This document shows positions 24,762 to 36,672 of a DNA stretch of 64,000 nt, one piece after another. The stretch is taken from positions 5,104,686-5,168,685 of the forward strand of contig CM119269.1 in assembly GCA_051294375.1 (NCBI GenBank), given 5' to 3'. Numbering within the stretch: position 1 is the first letter of the stretch; each line of letters opens with the position of its first letter. A model generated the notes under the pieces. It made no database searches, was not told the DNA's origin, and saw nothing but the letters and a program-made list of their open reading frames with translations. Source of the DNA: Paraspadella gotoi (taxonomy: Eukaryota; Animalia; Chaetognatha). The position numbers and the translations under genes were made by a program.

Positions 24762-24781
24762 AAGAGAGAGAGGAGAGAGAA

Positions 24782-25260
24782 TATTCATATAACAAAGGGT
24801 GAGGGCCAGCTCCACTTGGAGCTCTTTCCTGTCTATATATGCCCCTGAATTTCTAACTACTTACTTAATCTCACACACCCTAAATTTATCAAACACATAA
24901 AGAACTGAACTAAAAGTACTTTCTTTTCATATATACTCTTTCATTTTCACTATTAACTATCCCTTAGGCTAATTAAAACTTATTCATATAAGTATCACAA
25001 TAAGATTAGCATTAAGTTAACTATACACTCATCCAATGTTAGTATTTTCAAACTACATTCTAATCTTATGTCTGCTAAATCCTTGCAAATGTACTTATTA
25101 TTTCCTACCTTAGTCCTGCTGTTTTTTGTTTCCTCAGTCATCACCTCATCAACGGCTGGTCACCGGGTCTCTCTTCTCTGCTTGCTCTCCACGTCTGTTC
25201 TCTCCGGTGCTTTTAAGCAGAAGTTTTCACACCCTTCCTTCTTCAACACACCTACACATC
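24782..25260 (-). mobile_element. Decayed/noisy CR1-like LINE fragment spanning ORF1 end and endonuclease start
   Basis: The minus strand gives, in order, LKKEGCENFCLK..ERTDVESKQRRE and TKNSRTKVGNNKYICKDLADIRLE (like CR1 ORF1 C-termini), then TNI, FDKFRVCEIK and IYRQERAPSGAG..LLY. The last three resemble the APE endonuclease motifs YTNID, DIV..TETK and YRKDR..GGGV.LY. Frameshifted; recognised from memory. Confidence 0.5.
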
Positions 25261-27399
25261 AATCTGTCCTCACCTAATTTTCAACCACTGTACCTCAAAC
25301 ATCTGTACCAACTATTCTGTTCCTCACTCACTTTCTGGTTGGAAACTAACTTTTACCCCTCTATTCAATCATACTCTCATCTTCTCCTCTCGCATCTTAC
25401 AACTACTATCTATTAGCAACTATACAATTATTATTGAATGATTCAGATTTGTCTTCGATGAACGGTGCTCCTGAAATAAGACAAGACACGCAAACATTGT
25501 CCAAATTCGTACAACTGGGCCGGAGTCTACTAATAAAAATTCGGTTTTGTTAAATTCAGGAGAAATCATTGACTCTATCACTCTAATGAGCGAAATAGTT
25601 GAAGGCAGACGAAGAAAAGAGAAGAGTTACGAAGGGCATATGGGAGAGTTATAATATATATATATGTATATAGGTATAGAAAGTTTATATTTATAGATTG
25701 TAGACCGAAAGGTAAGGAAAATAAAAGGTTGTGATGAAGTCAAAGTCAGGAAATATCAAAACAGAAGCAAAATGGATAAAATAAAAATTAGTGTAATATC
25801 TTTAAGGAGTCAATAATAAAGAAAATAATCTTGGGATTCTGGTGTAACACCATGTTATTTACTGTATGTGCAATAGGCGGAAAAATTTTTCATTATCTTT
25901 ACTTGTTCATTTTCCGGGTTTCCATTAATTTCATGCACTGAAGTAGTCCAGAAGAAGTACAAAACAACTTCTGTTTGTCCTGAAACGGCCACGATGAAAG
26001 ACAAGCAAGAATATCGAAACATAAAGGAAAGAATAAATTTGACAGATAGGAATGTTAATCAAAACTTTTAATATTTTTTAAGGTTAAAGGTGTGGATAAG
26101 GACGCATACGAGTGGGCTGAAATAACTTGTCCTTATAACTTCCTATAACCCCCCTAAGCAGTACCATGGAGAACGGGTCCTGGGCTTGGAACCAGGGGTA
26201 TGAGGGTTATTGCCATACACCCAATAGGGAGGCGGCTTAGGGAGAGGGCGCGTCCTTCATTGCTTCACTGCAGGAATAAGGTACCATGGGGCTGATGATG
26301 TTGTGACTTAGGGTTAGGGAATTGGAACCACAGGAGTACATAATGGTACATACGAGCTGATTCTTGGCTTTTAACTCAATGAGTCCACCTCTCATCTCTC
26401 TCTTTAAGGCAGGGCGTCCAGGACGCAAAGGTGGTCCATGCTCACTAGGGCAGGTGTTGGAACGATTAGGGCAAAGCACCGACTAACAAAAGCGCACAAA
26501 AAGATGGTGAGGGGTGGGCCAATTTTGTATTGGCCCTTGAGGTAAGGGCTAATTGTGCCATAGTGAATGCTGGACATTGATTGTGGAGTTAACTGAATGT
26601 ATTATTGGGCAAGACCATAAAAGAAACGCGCATCGTTCTGAAGTCAGGAGAACATAGGTGATTTATAATTGACAACCTTAACATGGTTGGTTATTTTGGA
26701 AGGGTTGGTTGGACCTAAACATCTCCACCACCTGTTCATCCCGCAAGCAGCGAGCGTATTGGGTGTCGGGAGGCAAGGTCATTCGCCTCCCCAAACCTCA
26801 AAGGTCCGGGGTTTCTAGGCACCTGGCTGGTACTGCCTAGCAGTTTTTGAGGGATGTGCCTGGCTTGTAACGGGGCCGGGCCTGGGTAACGGATCGAGTG
26901 TACAAGCCTGATCCTAAGCTCCAGGAAACTGTCTTATATGAAAACGTGTTACCTCGTCACGTAACATTAATAAATATTACTTGTCTTCTTTCATTTATAA
27001 CAAGTAGAGACGCACCTGAATTAGAGGAGACAGGAACAGTCTCCTACACCTACAAAAGTCAGGCAAAGTTGGTGAGATTGAAAGAAAGCATAAGGTAAGA
27101 GGGGTTTTAAATAGTTATGGTCGCCCTCTTGCACATAAACAATTTCAATTACTTATGTTGTGCCAATACAAGTACCTTAACTTGGAATTATTGTTCACAT
27201 ACTATACATAGGAGGTTGTTAGTTGATGTGAGAGCTTTTTAAATTTACCAAATTCGCGAGAAATGATTCTGAATGACAATTTAGATTACAATTAACTTCT
27301 TGGCATGTGTTGCAGTAGGAGGCGTTCGTTGGTCATTTTTGACTCCGCGGTAAAGGCGGCTAATTCCAAAAACCTTTGTTATGAAAACAGAGCAGGAGT

Positions 27400-27920
27400 G
27401 ATTAAATCTGTTGACAGAAGATTTCACGATCATAGTATTAAACTACTCTACTAGGGTATACCGCGAAGATTCTGTCTTGGTAATCCACAAAAAATTGCCT
27501 GTAGCATATCTGACTCCATCTCAACTTTATTAACGATCTCATTGACCTGCTCTGCCAATTTCTTAACTCTGATCCTTTTCCTACTCTTTCCGTACAAGAT
27601 TTAGAGACACCTCTTCCAGGTCGGGCGGTAGTGATTTTATGATCACGCTACTATTCTAAGAATCTGTTAGTACCATTGGCGCCCAGATTGCAGGCCAAAT
27701 GGACTTGGTTATTAGATTTGCTCTGCTTATTCATAAAAGTGAGACGGGGCATCTCATTTACTATAGTGGCAGACTAATTCAGATACAAAGTTCTGAAACT
27801 TGTTTACTGATTGGAAAACGTTTGCAGGCACTTTTCCTCATGGCCAATCTGAGCCAAGAAGGATTTAAAATCATAAAAAAGCTACTAGTAAGCGTAGCAA
27901 AAATATTAAAAATTAAATAG
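27400..27920 (+). mobile_element. Decayed/noisy LINE reverse-transcriptase fragment
   Basis: 27455-27479 reads GIP(Q)DSVL with a 1-nt insertion (cf. GVPQGSVL), and 27526-27540 reads FINDL. The downstream ORF DLVIRF...QIQSSETCLLIG...ANLS resembles post-YADD RT sequence. YADD itself is not recognisable. Confidence 0.5.
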
Positions 27921-28571
27921 AATACCAAATTGAATAGTAGATCACGACAGGCTTGTACGCCGTGAGACGATTTTATAAACTTGAGTGATCCAAACACATC
28001 CTAAATTTTTATCTTCTCTCAATTATTGCATACGCCTGAAAGGGTTGCCCATATTTTCCTATACATAGTATCATGGCCCACCTCTATAAAAAATGATTAA
28101 AATATGTTTTTATATTTTATTAAAGTAGATGTTCGAATCTCTGCAGAGGGAAAGGAAGTTGATAAATATGGAAATTTATTATAAAAAATTATACAATAAA
28201 GAGAGAGTTACTTTAATACAAGATGGGGGTCAAACAAATGTTAAAACTTTATTATTGATCAACCTAAATAATATTTAATTTAGTATAAAATAATATAGTT
28301 TCTTTAATTTTGTTAGCCTCACTTCTATAAATGATAAGTAATTTCTCTTGGATTGAGGACTTTTATCAACCTTTCTCTTATATGAGGAATTAGAAATTCT
28401 GCCTTATCAAAACTAAAAATAAATAACCTCATTCCTTTAAATTTTTGACATTTTCTATTTGGTAAAGTAACACTCATGATAAAATATGGGGATATGCAAA
28501 AAATTAACATTCTTAAAAACAATTTAATTATATCAATGTTCTTTAGTAACAGAAACTGTTGCATGAACAGT

Positions 28572-29262
28572 TAAGGTGCGTAGTGAATAGTTACATACGG
28601 AAATAATTTCTAAATGGTCATTATGAACAACCATAACCATCAGTAAATATTAATATGTAAAAAAAATTAATTTTTATGTGTTTTTAAATTATATTCGTCT
28701 CAGTAGGATCTATATTTATTATTCATTAGTCCACTGTACCCATTATATAAATCTGAAAAATTCTTAAAATATGCTTTTTCTTAAATTTTGGATTGCAGAT
28801 TTGAATTCCTCGTCAAAAGTTTGATAAATAAAATCATAACATCATTTTTTAAAACAATTCTTCTCATTAAAGCTGGGTTAACAAATTGAACAAACACTAC
28901 AGTGTACATCATCACTAAAGTTAATTTTCAGCTTAAAATATAGCTTTTTCTATTAATTTTTTTGACCCATTAATGAGGAATTTATCAAAGAGTATATATC
29001 TGTTTATACAAAACTATATTTAATGAACCTGAATGGCAAATCATGCAAAAAAAAATGTTTAGAAAAAAAACTGTTTTGAAATTTAATATTTTTGGATTAA
29101 AAGATAACTAGTATGAAATATGGCCTAACTGGGCGTAAATTTGTAAAATTTTATTATATATTTTTATTAACATAAATGTTATTTAATATAAAATGTTGTC
29201 ATCCTCACTTTTAAGAATTTAAATATAATAGTTTAAAATTTAGAAATTTTAATTACGCCTTA
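28572..29262 (+). repeat. Insertion-rich partial copy of the AT-rich part of segment B (~53370-53983)
   Basis: Collinear anchors gcgtagtgaa..ttacatacg, tcaaaagt..tgataaa, ttaattttcagcttaaaatatagc and cctcacttttaagaattt. Confidence 0.8.
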
Positions 29263-30769
29263 AAGAACAGCTATTCAAATTTTGATCTTGTCAAACTTTC
29301 ACTAACGCACATTAACTTTACTAGGTATAGATTAGGGTTGTTGACTTTATAATATTGGGTTCAAATCAATAAAACTTGTCACCCATTTAATATTTTTTGG
29401 GAATGTCACCCTGGGTGAAAAGTAAATATTTCATTTTTTTAAGAAAATAATATCACCCTTAAACGTCCTTCTCCAGCGTTTCCTAAGAGGAATAAGAGCC
29501 TAACAACTCTTACCCAAACCATACAGCTTTTTTGTGGTTGACATGTTATTAAATGAATACCATATTATATAATATATATATAATTATAATAAACTATATA
29601 TGATCGATTTTAGTAGATTCAACAAACATAATAATTGGTCACTGGGCGTTATCTTAACACAACTGGTAAATTGATTATAAGGTCCTTATTGATCATAATG
29701 AAAGAATGTGAATAAAGTAGAACTTTACAGGGAACATTCAAATTTTTCAAAGTAACTATAAACTATTGTTTCTTTTAATTGGAACTACTCTAAATACTAC
29801 ATATTACAATCACATGACATTCAATGAGGGAACAGAAAAACGTAATAGATTAATTTGGGACTAGAAAGTGATTTTGATTCATTTTCATTTTTCTTTGGAT
29901 GTCAAGCCACAACCTCTTATTCATTTTTTAATAAACACATGATCTTCTTGAGGCCTTGGTCTGTTCTAACGCTTTTGGGACATTGCAATTGGCCTGCTTA
30001 ATTCTTTCCACATAGTGGTCATATATTTAGGGGAACACAACACCTGATCATCTTTATTTTTCCAACTACCTAGGAAGTTTAATATCCAACGGTAATCACT
30101 CGAGGGGGGATGGGCGAGGCTAATACTAGAAAGACCATTCTTGAGAGAATATCCTTGTAAGAACGTCTCGACCGACAATGGTCCAAATTTTCAGCCACAC
30201 ACCAATTGTATTAAATCAAAATAACTGTAAATTAATAAAATAATCCTGTTTTTTAGGTGATTAATTATAGTTACTCCATTATTTTGAATGTATTACACAT
30301 TGTCACTGGGAAAATCGCGCCCGGCTCCAATAATAGTGAACCCGCTTAGATATAGAGAGAGAATAGCGAATAATAAAGGTGGTTTAGTAGAGGTATTAAA
30401 TACATGGGATACATTATCATGCATATATACATGATACACTGGAGGGATTATTTTTATTAAACCATAATGAAAGGGCAATTTCATAAAAATTTATATAAAC
30501 TGTAGTATCAGGGGCTTTTGTATGTGAGGAGTAATTCTGGGAGATTAGAACTCCAAAGAGGTTGTAACTTAGCGAAGCTAGAACCGTGAATTACATCTTT
30601 TTAAAAAAGGTCGCGTAAAAACATTTAAATTCAAATTTCAAAACTAAAATTGCTTTGAATATTTAGACATAATGTATTATCCTTCAAAAAGCTTTTGGAG
30701 GGAAATAGGTTGTATCACTATTATTAATACTTTTAACAAAAGATGTAGTAGATGAGGACTATGGTGCGT

Positions 30770-30870
30770 TTGATGATATGTTCCATATCAATTTGCTTTA
30801 AATCTTTGCCTCATAAGAGGATGCGAGGCATCGTTGCTGGAGATGTCAATCTTCATCAATCACTGTGAAT
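30770..30870 (+). mobile_element. Possible LINE endonuclease motif remnant
   Basis: 30830-30868 translates IVAGDVNLHQSL*, resembling the APE endonuclease motif GDFNxHHxxW with TGA at the Trp position. A single short motif. Confidence 0.3.
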
Positions 30871-32174
30871 TATCAGGATTATTTGCGCTATATGTTCCAT
30901 CCTTCAACGGATTTTCTTGTTTTGAAAAAACTTAAACATTTGAGAGAGACAAGTAAGAAAATTTAAGTTATTGGTGATCTTATTTCGGTGTGTTCAGTGA
31001 AAACTTTCTAAATAAGCTTGATTCCAAATTAAAAAAAAATGCTGGGTAAGCTGAACCTTAATTAGAGAAATTTTTAAAATAGTTTTCCAAAAACATTAAA
31101 TAACTCCAAAATTCTTGTCTACAATATTAACTTACAAGAGTTGTACTGAACGGCGATGCCTTTAACTCTTCACTCTAAGAATTTCTTTCCATGATGGGAC
31201 TTGATCTGTTTCTGAATTCACTGATAAGCAAAAGGTATAGGAATGAATAGTAGCATTTTTTGTCAATTTGGGTGGCGTTACTTGACGTGGTTGGGGTAGG
31301 TTCTATCATGAAACGTCATCCATATTTTGAAACATCTTTAGTCCAGAAAAAAGAGTAAAATAAACTTTTCTTCCAAAAAATAAAACAAGAAGAAGAAATA
31401 ATTGTAGGTACAAAGAATCAAGAAAGTGCTAAACCAACTTTTCTATCTAATTTTCATCTGAGTAAATGCGAGATGATGATGTTATTCTTTCATTAGGAGA
31501 ACGTATCTACTGCTTTATATCTGACAATCATTATAGATTGTTTGTAATTTTGCTGGTACAGAAAAAGAACAAACCAACTTTTATCACCTAAAAAAGCAGC
31601 TCCTGGGAAAAAAACAAAATAAAAAACTAAAAAGTTTATGCATTCAAAAACCGAAATTAGGACTTTGGCCACATTTGGGAGTATCATTTTTTGTAATCAA
31701 ATCAATGCTTTCTATGTGAAAAGACGAAGCGCAAGATTGAGGATATTGTGTGTTTCCTTCACTCATATTTATATTTGACTATTACATCAAACCGATTATT
31801 TGAACAAATGACTTAAAATGCATACTACTGGGGGACCATATAATCAGTTCATAGTCATCTCGGAAAGGTAAGGTGTGATCGACCAACTAAGTGCGCGCAT
31901 CACTTGACTGGCGCTGTGTTGTCGGAGGAGAAGGTGCCGTTTTAAAAGATTCTCTCTCGTGCCATTTAGAAAAACCTTATATCTGTGAAGGTTGAATGTA
32001 TCGTGAGAAATATTTTTGGGATTCGGCGCACTCCTTGTCCACTCTTACTGTAGGATACCCGGGGTCCGGGAAAAGGCATTAAAAGACCATTCGGGACAAG
32101 TTTTTTAATTTTGTTATAAGATTTTACAAAATATTTTTTTTTTCAAAATTCTTATGAACAGTAAACTCAACTTA

Positions 32175-35100
32175 TAAGCAGTGGAGAGTTTAATTAAATT
32201 AGTTAATAAATTAAGACCTTAAAGGAATATCCCCTCATAAATCGTGGTTTAAATCACTATTATTTTATAATCGCTTATCTCGAGGCGTTTCTTCCGGCGC
32301 CGAATGCTAAATGAGATCGAAGCGAAAAGTCTGGCGGTTGACGAATTGAAAAAATGAAACTTTTTTTGAAAATTGAAAAAAGTCGAGTGGGAATATTTTT
32401 TTGTAAAGAGAAACACACCTTTCTGGCTCGAATGTTCAATAATGTTGTTTAGTAAAAAAAAATAATTATCGATAGTATTAAAGGAATTGTTCGGTTTTTA
32501 AAGTGAATGAGGAAGGGAAGAGCATTGTTTTATTATTGTGTTTGTAATTTGTTAACATTAAGAGAGAGGCGATATAAAGAAACAAATCAAAACACCATAA
32601 ATACTGATAGTTAATGTTTAACATTTTTTTTCTAATCTCTCCGAATCAAAAAATAAACCCGTCGAAAAGCAGAAGGAGATAAGAAATTAGAGAAAAATAT
32701 AAAAGTCTGTCTAAAACAAGTTGGTTTATTTATTTTTTTTAATTTTTTAAACAAAAGAAAAGAAAAGTAAAAGAGGTAAGAAATTATTAAAGAAAGGACA
32801 GAGATGGAGTAGAACCAATTTGATTAAGAGAAATGAAAAATCAATACAAAAAGAAACTCATTAAGAATCGGTCGGTTGTAGGCGCGTATAGGGGAGGAAT
32901 TCAAATCCTTGATTCGAGGATCGAGAATCACGGAGAAGAGAACGGAAGGACGAAGGAAAAGTGAAGATGAAAGAGGAGAGAGGAGAGAGAGAGAGAGAGG
33001 AAGGGAAGAGAGAGGTCAGAGCACGCAGGGAGACGAGAGAGAGAGAGAGAGAGAAGAGAGATGAGTCTCTTTTCCTGTACGTTTTCTCCGGTTATAGTTC
33101 ATTCAATTAAGCAGAACCAAAGACAGTGGATACAGGATTGGTAGGAATCGTGCGGAGGTGATAAAGGATTAGCCGTGGATATAAAAGCGAAAAGCGAGTA
33201 GAGCAAGAAGGAGAGGAGAGAAGAAACGAAAAGAGAAAGGAGAGAAGAGAGAGAAGACGAAGCATTGAGGAGAGAGAAGAGAGAGAGAGAAGAATTGGCA
33301 CCACTGTATGGTAGAGTGGGAGGGAACGAGGGGAGAAGAGGGAGAAGAGGGGAGAGGAGAGAGGAGAAAGAAAGAGTGAGGAGGAGGGGAGGGAAAGCAG
33401 AGAGAGAAGAGAGGAGAGAAGAGAGGGAGACAGAAAGAGGAGAGGAGGAAGGAGATATGAGGAGGGGAGAAGAGAAGGAGAAAAGGATGGAAGAGAGAGG
33501 AAGGGAGGAGAAGGAAGACCAGGTAGGACGTATCGGAAGTAAAGTGAAGAGGAGCGTATGGTAACTAAGAGTTCGAAGGGAAGAAGAGGAAATAGGAGGG
33601 AGATTAATCAAAATTTAGGTGCACTCAAATATATGGAGAAAGGAAACGAAAATCCCTCGCGGGTTGTTTTGTATGCAAGAGGAAGCCTGACGCATAAAAA
33701 CACAAGTGGGGTATTTATTAAAATGTTTTGTGGGTTAAGTATATGACTTACTTTTTTAATAGACTGGTTTTTTCTATGTCTCTATTTTATAAAACACCTA
33801 TAAAATTGGACCATCGGAACAAGCGTTAAGGGAGCGACGTAGGAGTATTTGTCTTTACAAAAGACCTTTTTAAAGATCCCCGGCGGATCTAAGAAGGAGT
33901 ATATAAAGTAGCCAAGTACTCTTCTTCTTTTCCGGGCGGTAAAGTTTTTATAAAGAGAGGAGAGGAGTGGGGCGCCATTTATGGCTTTTGGTTTACCTTA
34001 ATTCCATATGTACTCATAAGTAATGTAAAATGTTCATTAAATAAGTGGCATGTTATTCGATCCACCCAGGTCATGGGCTGGTTGAGCTCTTTGTAATTTT
34101 ATTAAACAAATACGATCAAACATTCTTACTTTTGTTGTAATTTCTATTTCCTGAAAATTCAATTAGCTATAAAACAGAGAAGAAAAATCGGGAACAGAAA
34201 AAGAAAAAAAAATCAGCGGATACAATCATTTTTCCGTTTTAATCCTAGATGAACGTACGAAGTTGTTACTCATTATGCCTCTGTCACTTGATGACCTTGG
34301 CGGGAATCGAGGCATCAGATTGAGAGCGATGAGCAAACTGCATTTATTGATTGTTCTCTTCGTTCGGCTGCTGTTCTCGTCATCTTTCTCTTCTCTCTTT
34401 TCTTCATCCTCTCGATGCTCCGTTTTCTTCTTCCTCTTCTTTTCTTTCCTCTCCGCCTTTACAGGACAATGCGGCTCACTTATTTTTTTTAATCTTCTAT
34501 TTTTTATTTTCCATCATTGTTCTCCTTTCTTTTCATCCGGCTTCTCATGCTTGTAGTCTAGACGCCAATCTGCTTTCTCTTCTCCTCGTCTCCCATCTTA
34601 ATCCTACCCATATCAATCTGATCGGGGAATGAGTCTCTTCATAATACCAATAATATGTGTCAATCATTAAACGGGAATTAAAATCCGTACAAGACAGACC
34701 AGACATAAACATGGTAAATATGAACTGGGACTTCGGAAGACGCGTGGGGGCACCGGCCCTCCTTCATTTATATAAATCAACAGGCGCGGGCCGGCCCACC
34801 ACGACTCTCAAAGCTTACCACCTATAATATCACCCTCACACATCCGAACCACATCAGGGGAGGCGAAGAATCCCGGCGGAGCATTCCTAGCGCTAAAAAA
34901 CTAGCGAACTCAGAGTGGCGGACGTCGACAAACAGAGGGAAAATAGTCAAATAGTGGGTTCTAATAACGGAGTCGTAATAAGCAGTCCACGAGGAAGCGA
35001 GAAGACCAGAATATACGACTGAGGCGGATCCGAAACAGGAAACCTGCTAACGAACCACCAACCAAAACAGCGACACGTAAGAGGCGGCCGACTGGCAACC

Positions 35101-36424
35101 ATGACTGAGGTTTGGTATTCTGGGCTCAGGGGTGGGCGGCTAGAGGGATAGTGCGTGGGGTGGAGGATTGTTGGTCGGATGGTAAGGAATCGGATGGAGT
35201 GTTATGGTTCGGAAAGGGAAGCTATGGCTAGAGACGTATGGATCAATTATCTGAGGATGGACTTTTGTTAATCGTAACTTGAGCGTAGAGGTAAGTATTA
35301 AAGAGATGATATGGCAATAGATGTAGTGAAGAAGCATGGTAGCGGGTAGACGCGCTGAAAGGAGTCTAAAGTGTCGAGGCTGAAAACGTTGAACCAATGA
35401 GATGGTGATCAACGGAATAGGGTGAGGTTTGAGGTATGAAGTTTGCACCGCACGAGGAACGGATGAATGATATCATCCGCGAAGGAGATAATATACCACT
35501 CGTTATTGACCTTCGGTTGTGATTGCGGCTCTTCAATTTTAGCTCATCTTTTTCTTTTGTCGTAGGAAAATCAATTTTTTTTCCAAACACCTGCGCTTTT
35601 TTTTTTGTGATTCTCAATTCGTCGCCATCAGCTATGAAGAAGAAATTGAGAGTACGTATAATATCGAGTTTTAAAATTGTTAATTCTTTCTCTTAAGATT
35701 CTGTTTCTTTGATCCGGCATTCTGTAATCGCTAACGTTAATTAGAATCTTCGCATCATTTCCTTATCCCATCTATATTTTTTGTTGGGAAAATGGGCGAC
35801 ATCTCCGTGCCCCAATACGTTCTTTTACCTCTCCTCATCTTCCATTTTTTACTTATACCTTCCGAAGGTTCACTCCTTTAAACCCTCTGATCGGCCATAA
35901 GATATTAGATATTCTTTATTCTGACTTCTCGCGGTATTTTAACGGTCTGATTTTGCCTATTTATTGATTTGCATACTTAATCTTAATATAAACTTTACTA
36001 TCAACTTTTACAAACTGGGATCCTATCCTATTTCTCTAACTCTGGGAGCTATGAACTGGCATCCCTCATTCACTTGATGCATCGTTTCTGGTAGTATAAA
36101 ATCATTAATTTCACTTTTTTCAAAGGGTTTTTTTTATTACTTATTCAATACCAGGTAACTATCCTACCACTTGTTTATTATATTAAAAATACAATATAAA
36201 CTATGGAAAAAAGTTATAGATCGTACGTCACTAGTTAAAACCATGAAAGAAACGGAAACAACTGACACGGGCTCAACATTAGCGGCAGAAAGAGTAGCCA
36301 ATAATAGACAAGTGAGAACAAGCTGGAGAACAATCATTGTTTCCTGTAATTTTTTGGCATAAAAGGTCTTCACCATTCTAATACTTATTCATATATAAGA
36401 CGAAGACAGGCCTGCAAAATCCAA
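32175..36424 (+). repeat. Insertion-riddled direct copy of 21695-24761 (probable raw long-read sequence)
   Basis: Collinear throughout but 4250 bp versus 3067 bp. Differences are mostly 1-3 nt insertions and scrambled microsatellites. Confidence 0.9.
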
Positions 36425-36632
36425 TATTTGTTTCTGGAAAAAAAAAAACTTTTGTCTATAGAGAAATAACAAAATCAGGATCTCGTATCTATCATTAACA
36501 AAAACGATGAGAAAATGTACATTTTTTTATAAACACGCTCCGCAAAGCGATGAACTAACTTGCAAACGCATAAAATACATAACGTACTCGTTCATTGGCT
36601 CAGACTCTGGCAGTACATGTTTAGAGCCAGAG

Positions 36633-36672
<40 letters not shown>

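Noticed and set aside
29966-30178. ORF ending ...MWKELSRPIAM, vaguely like a CR1 ORF2 C-terminus
   Set aside because: One weak motif in low-quality sequence; not enough to call.
36164-36376. ORF with a signal-peptide-like stretch (MIVLQLVLTCLLLATLSAA)
   Set aside because: It lies in the error-rich duplicate. The clean copy (minus strand, about 24688-24632) reads MIVLQLVIVYYWLTLSGC then stop.
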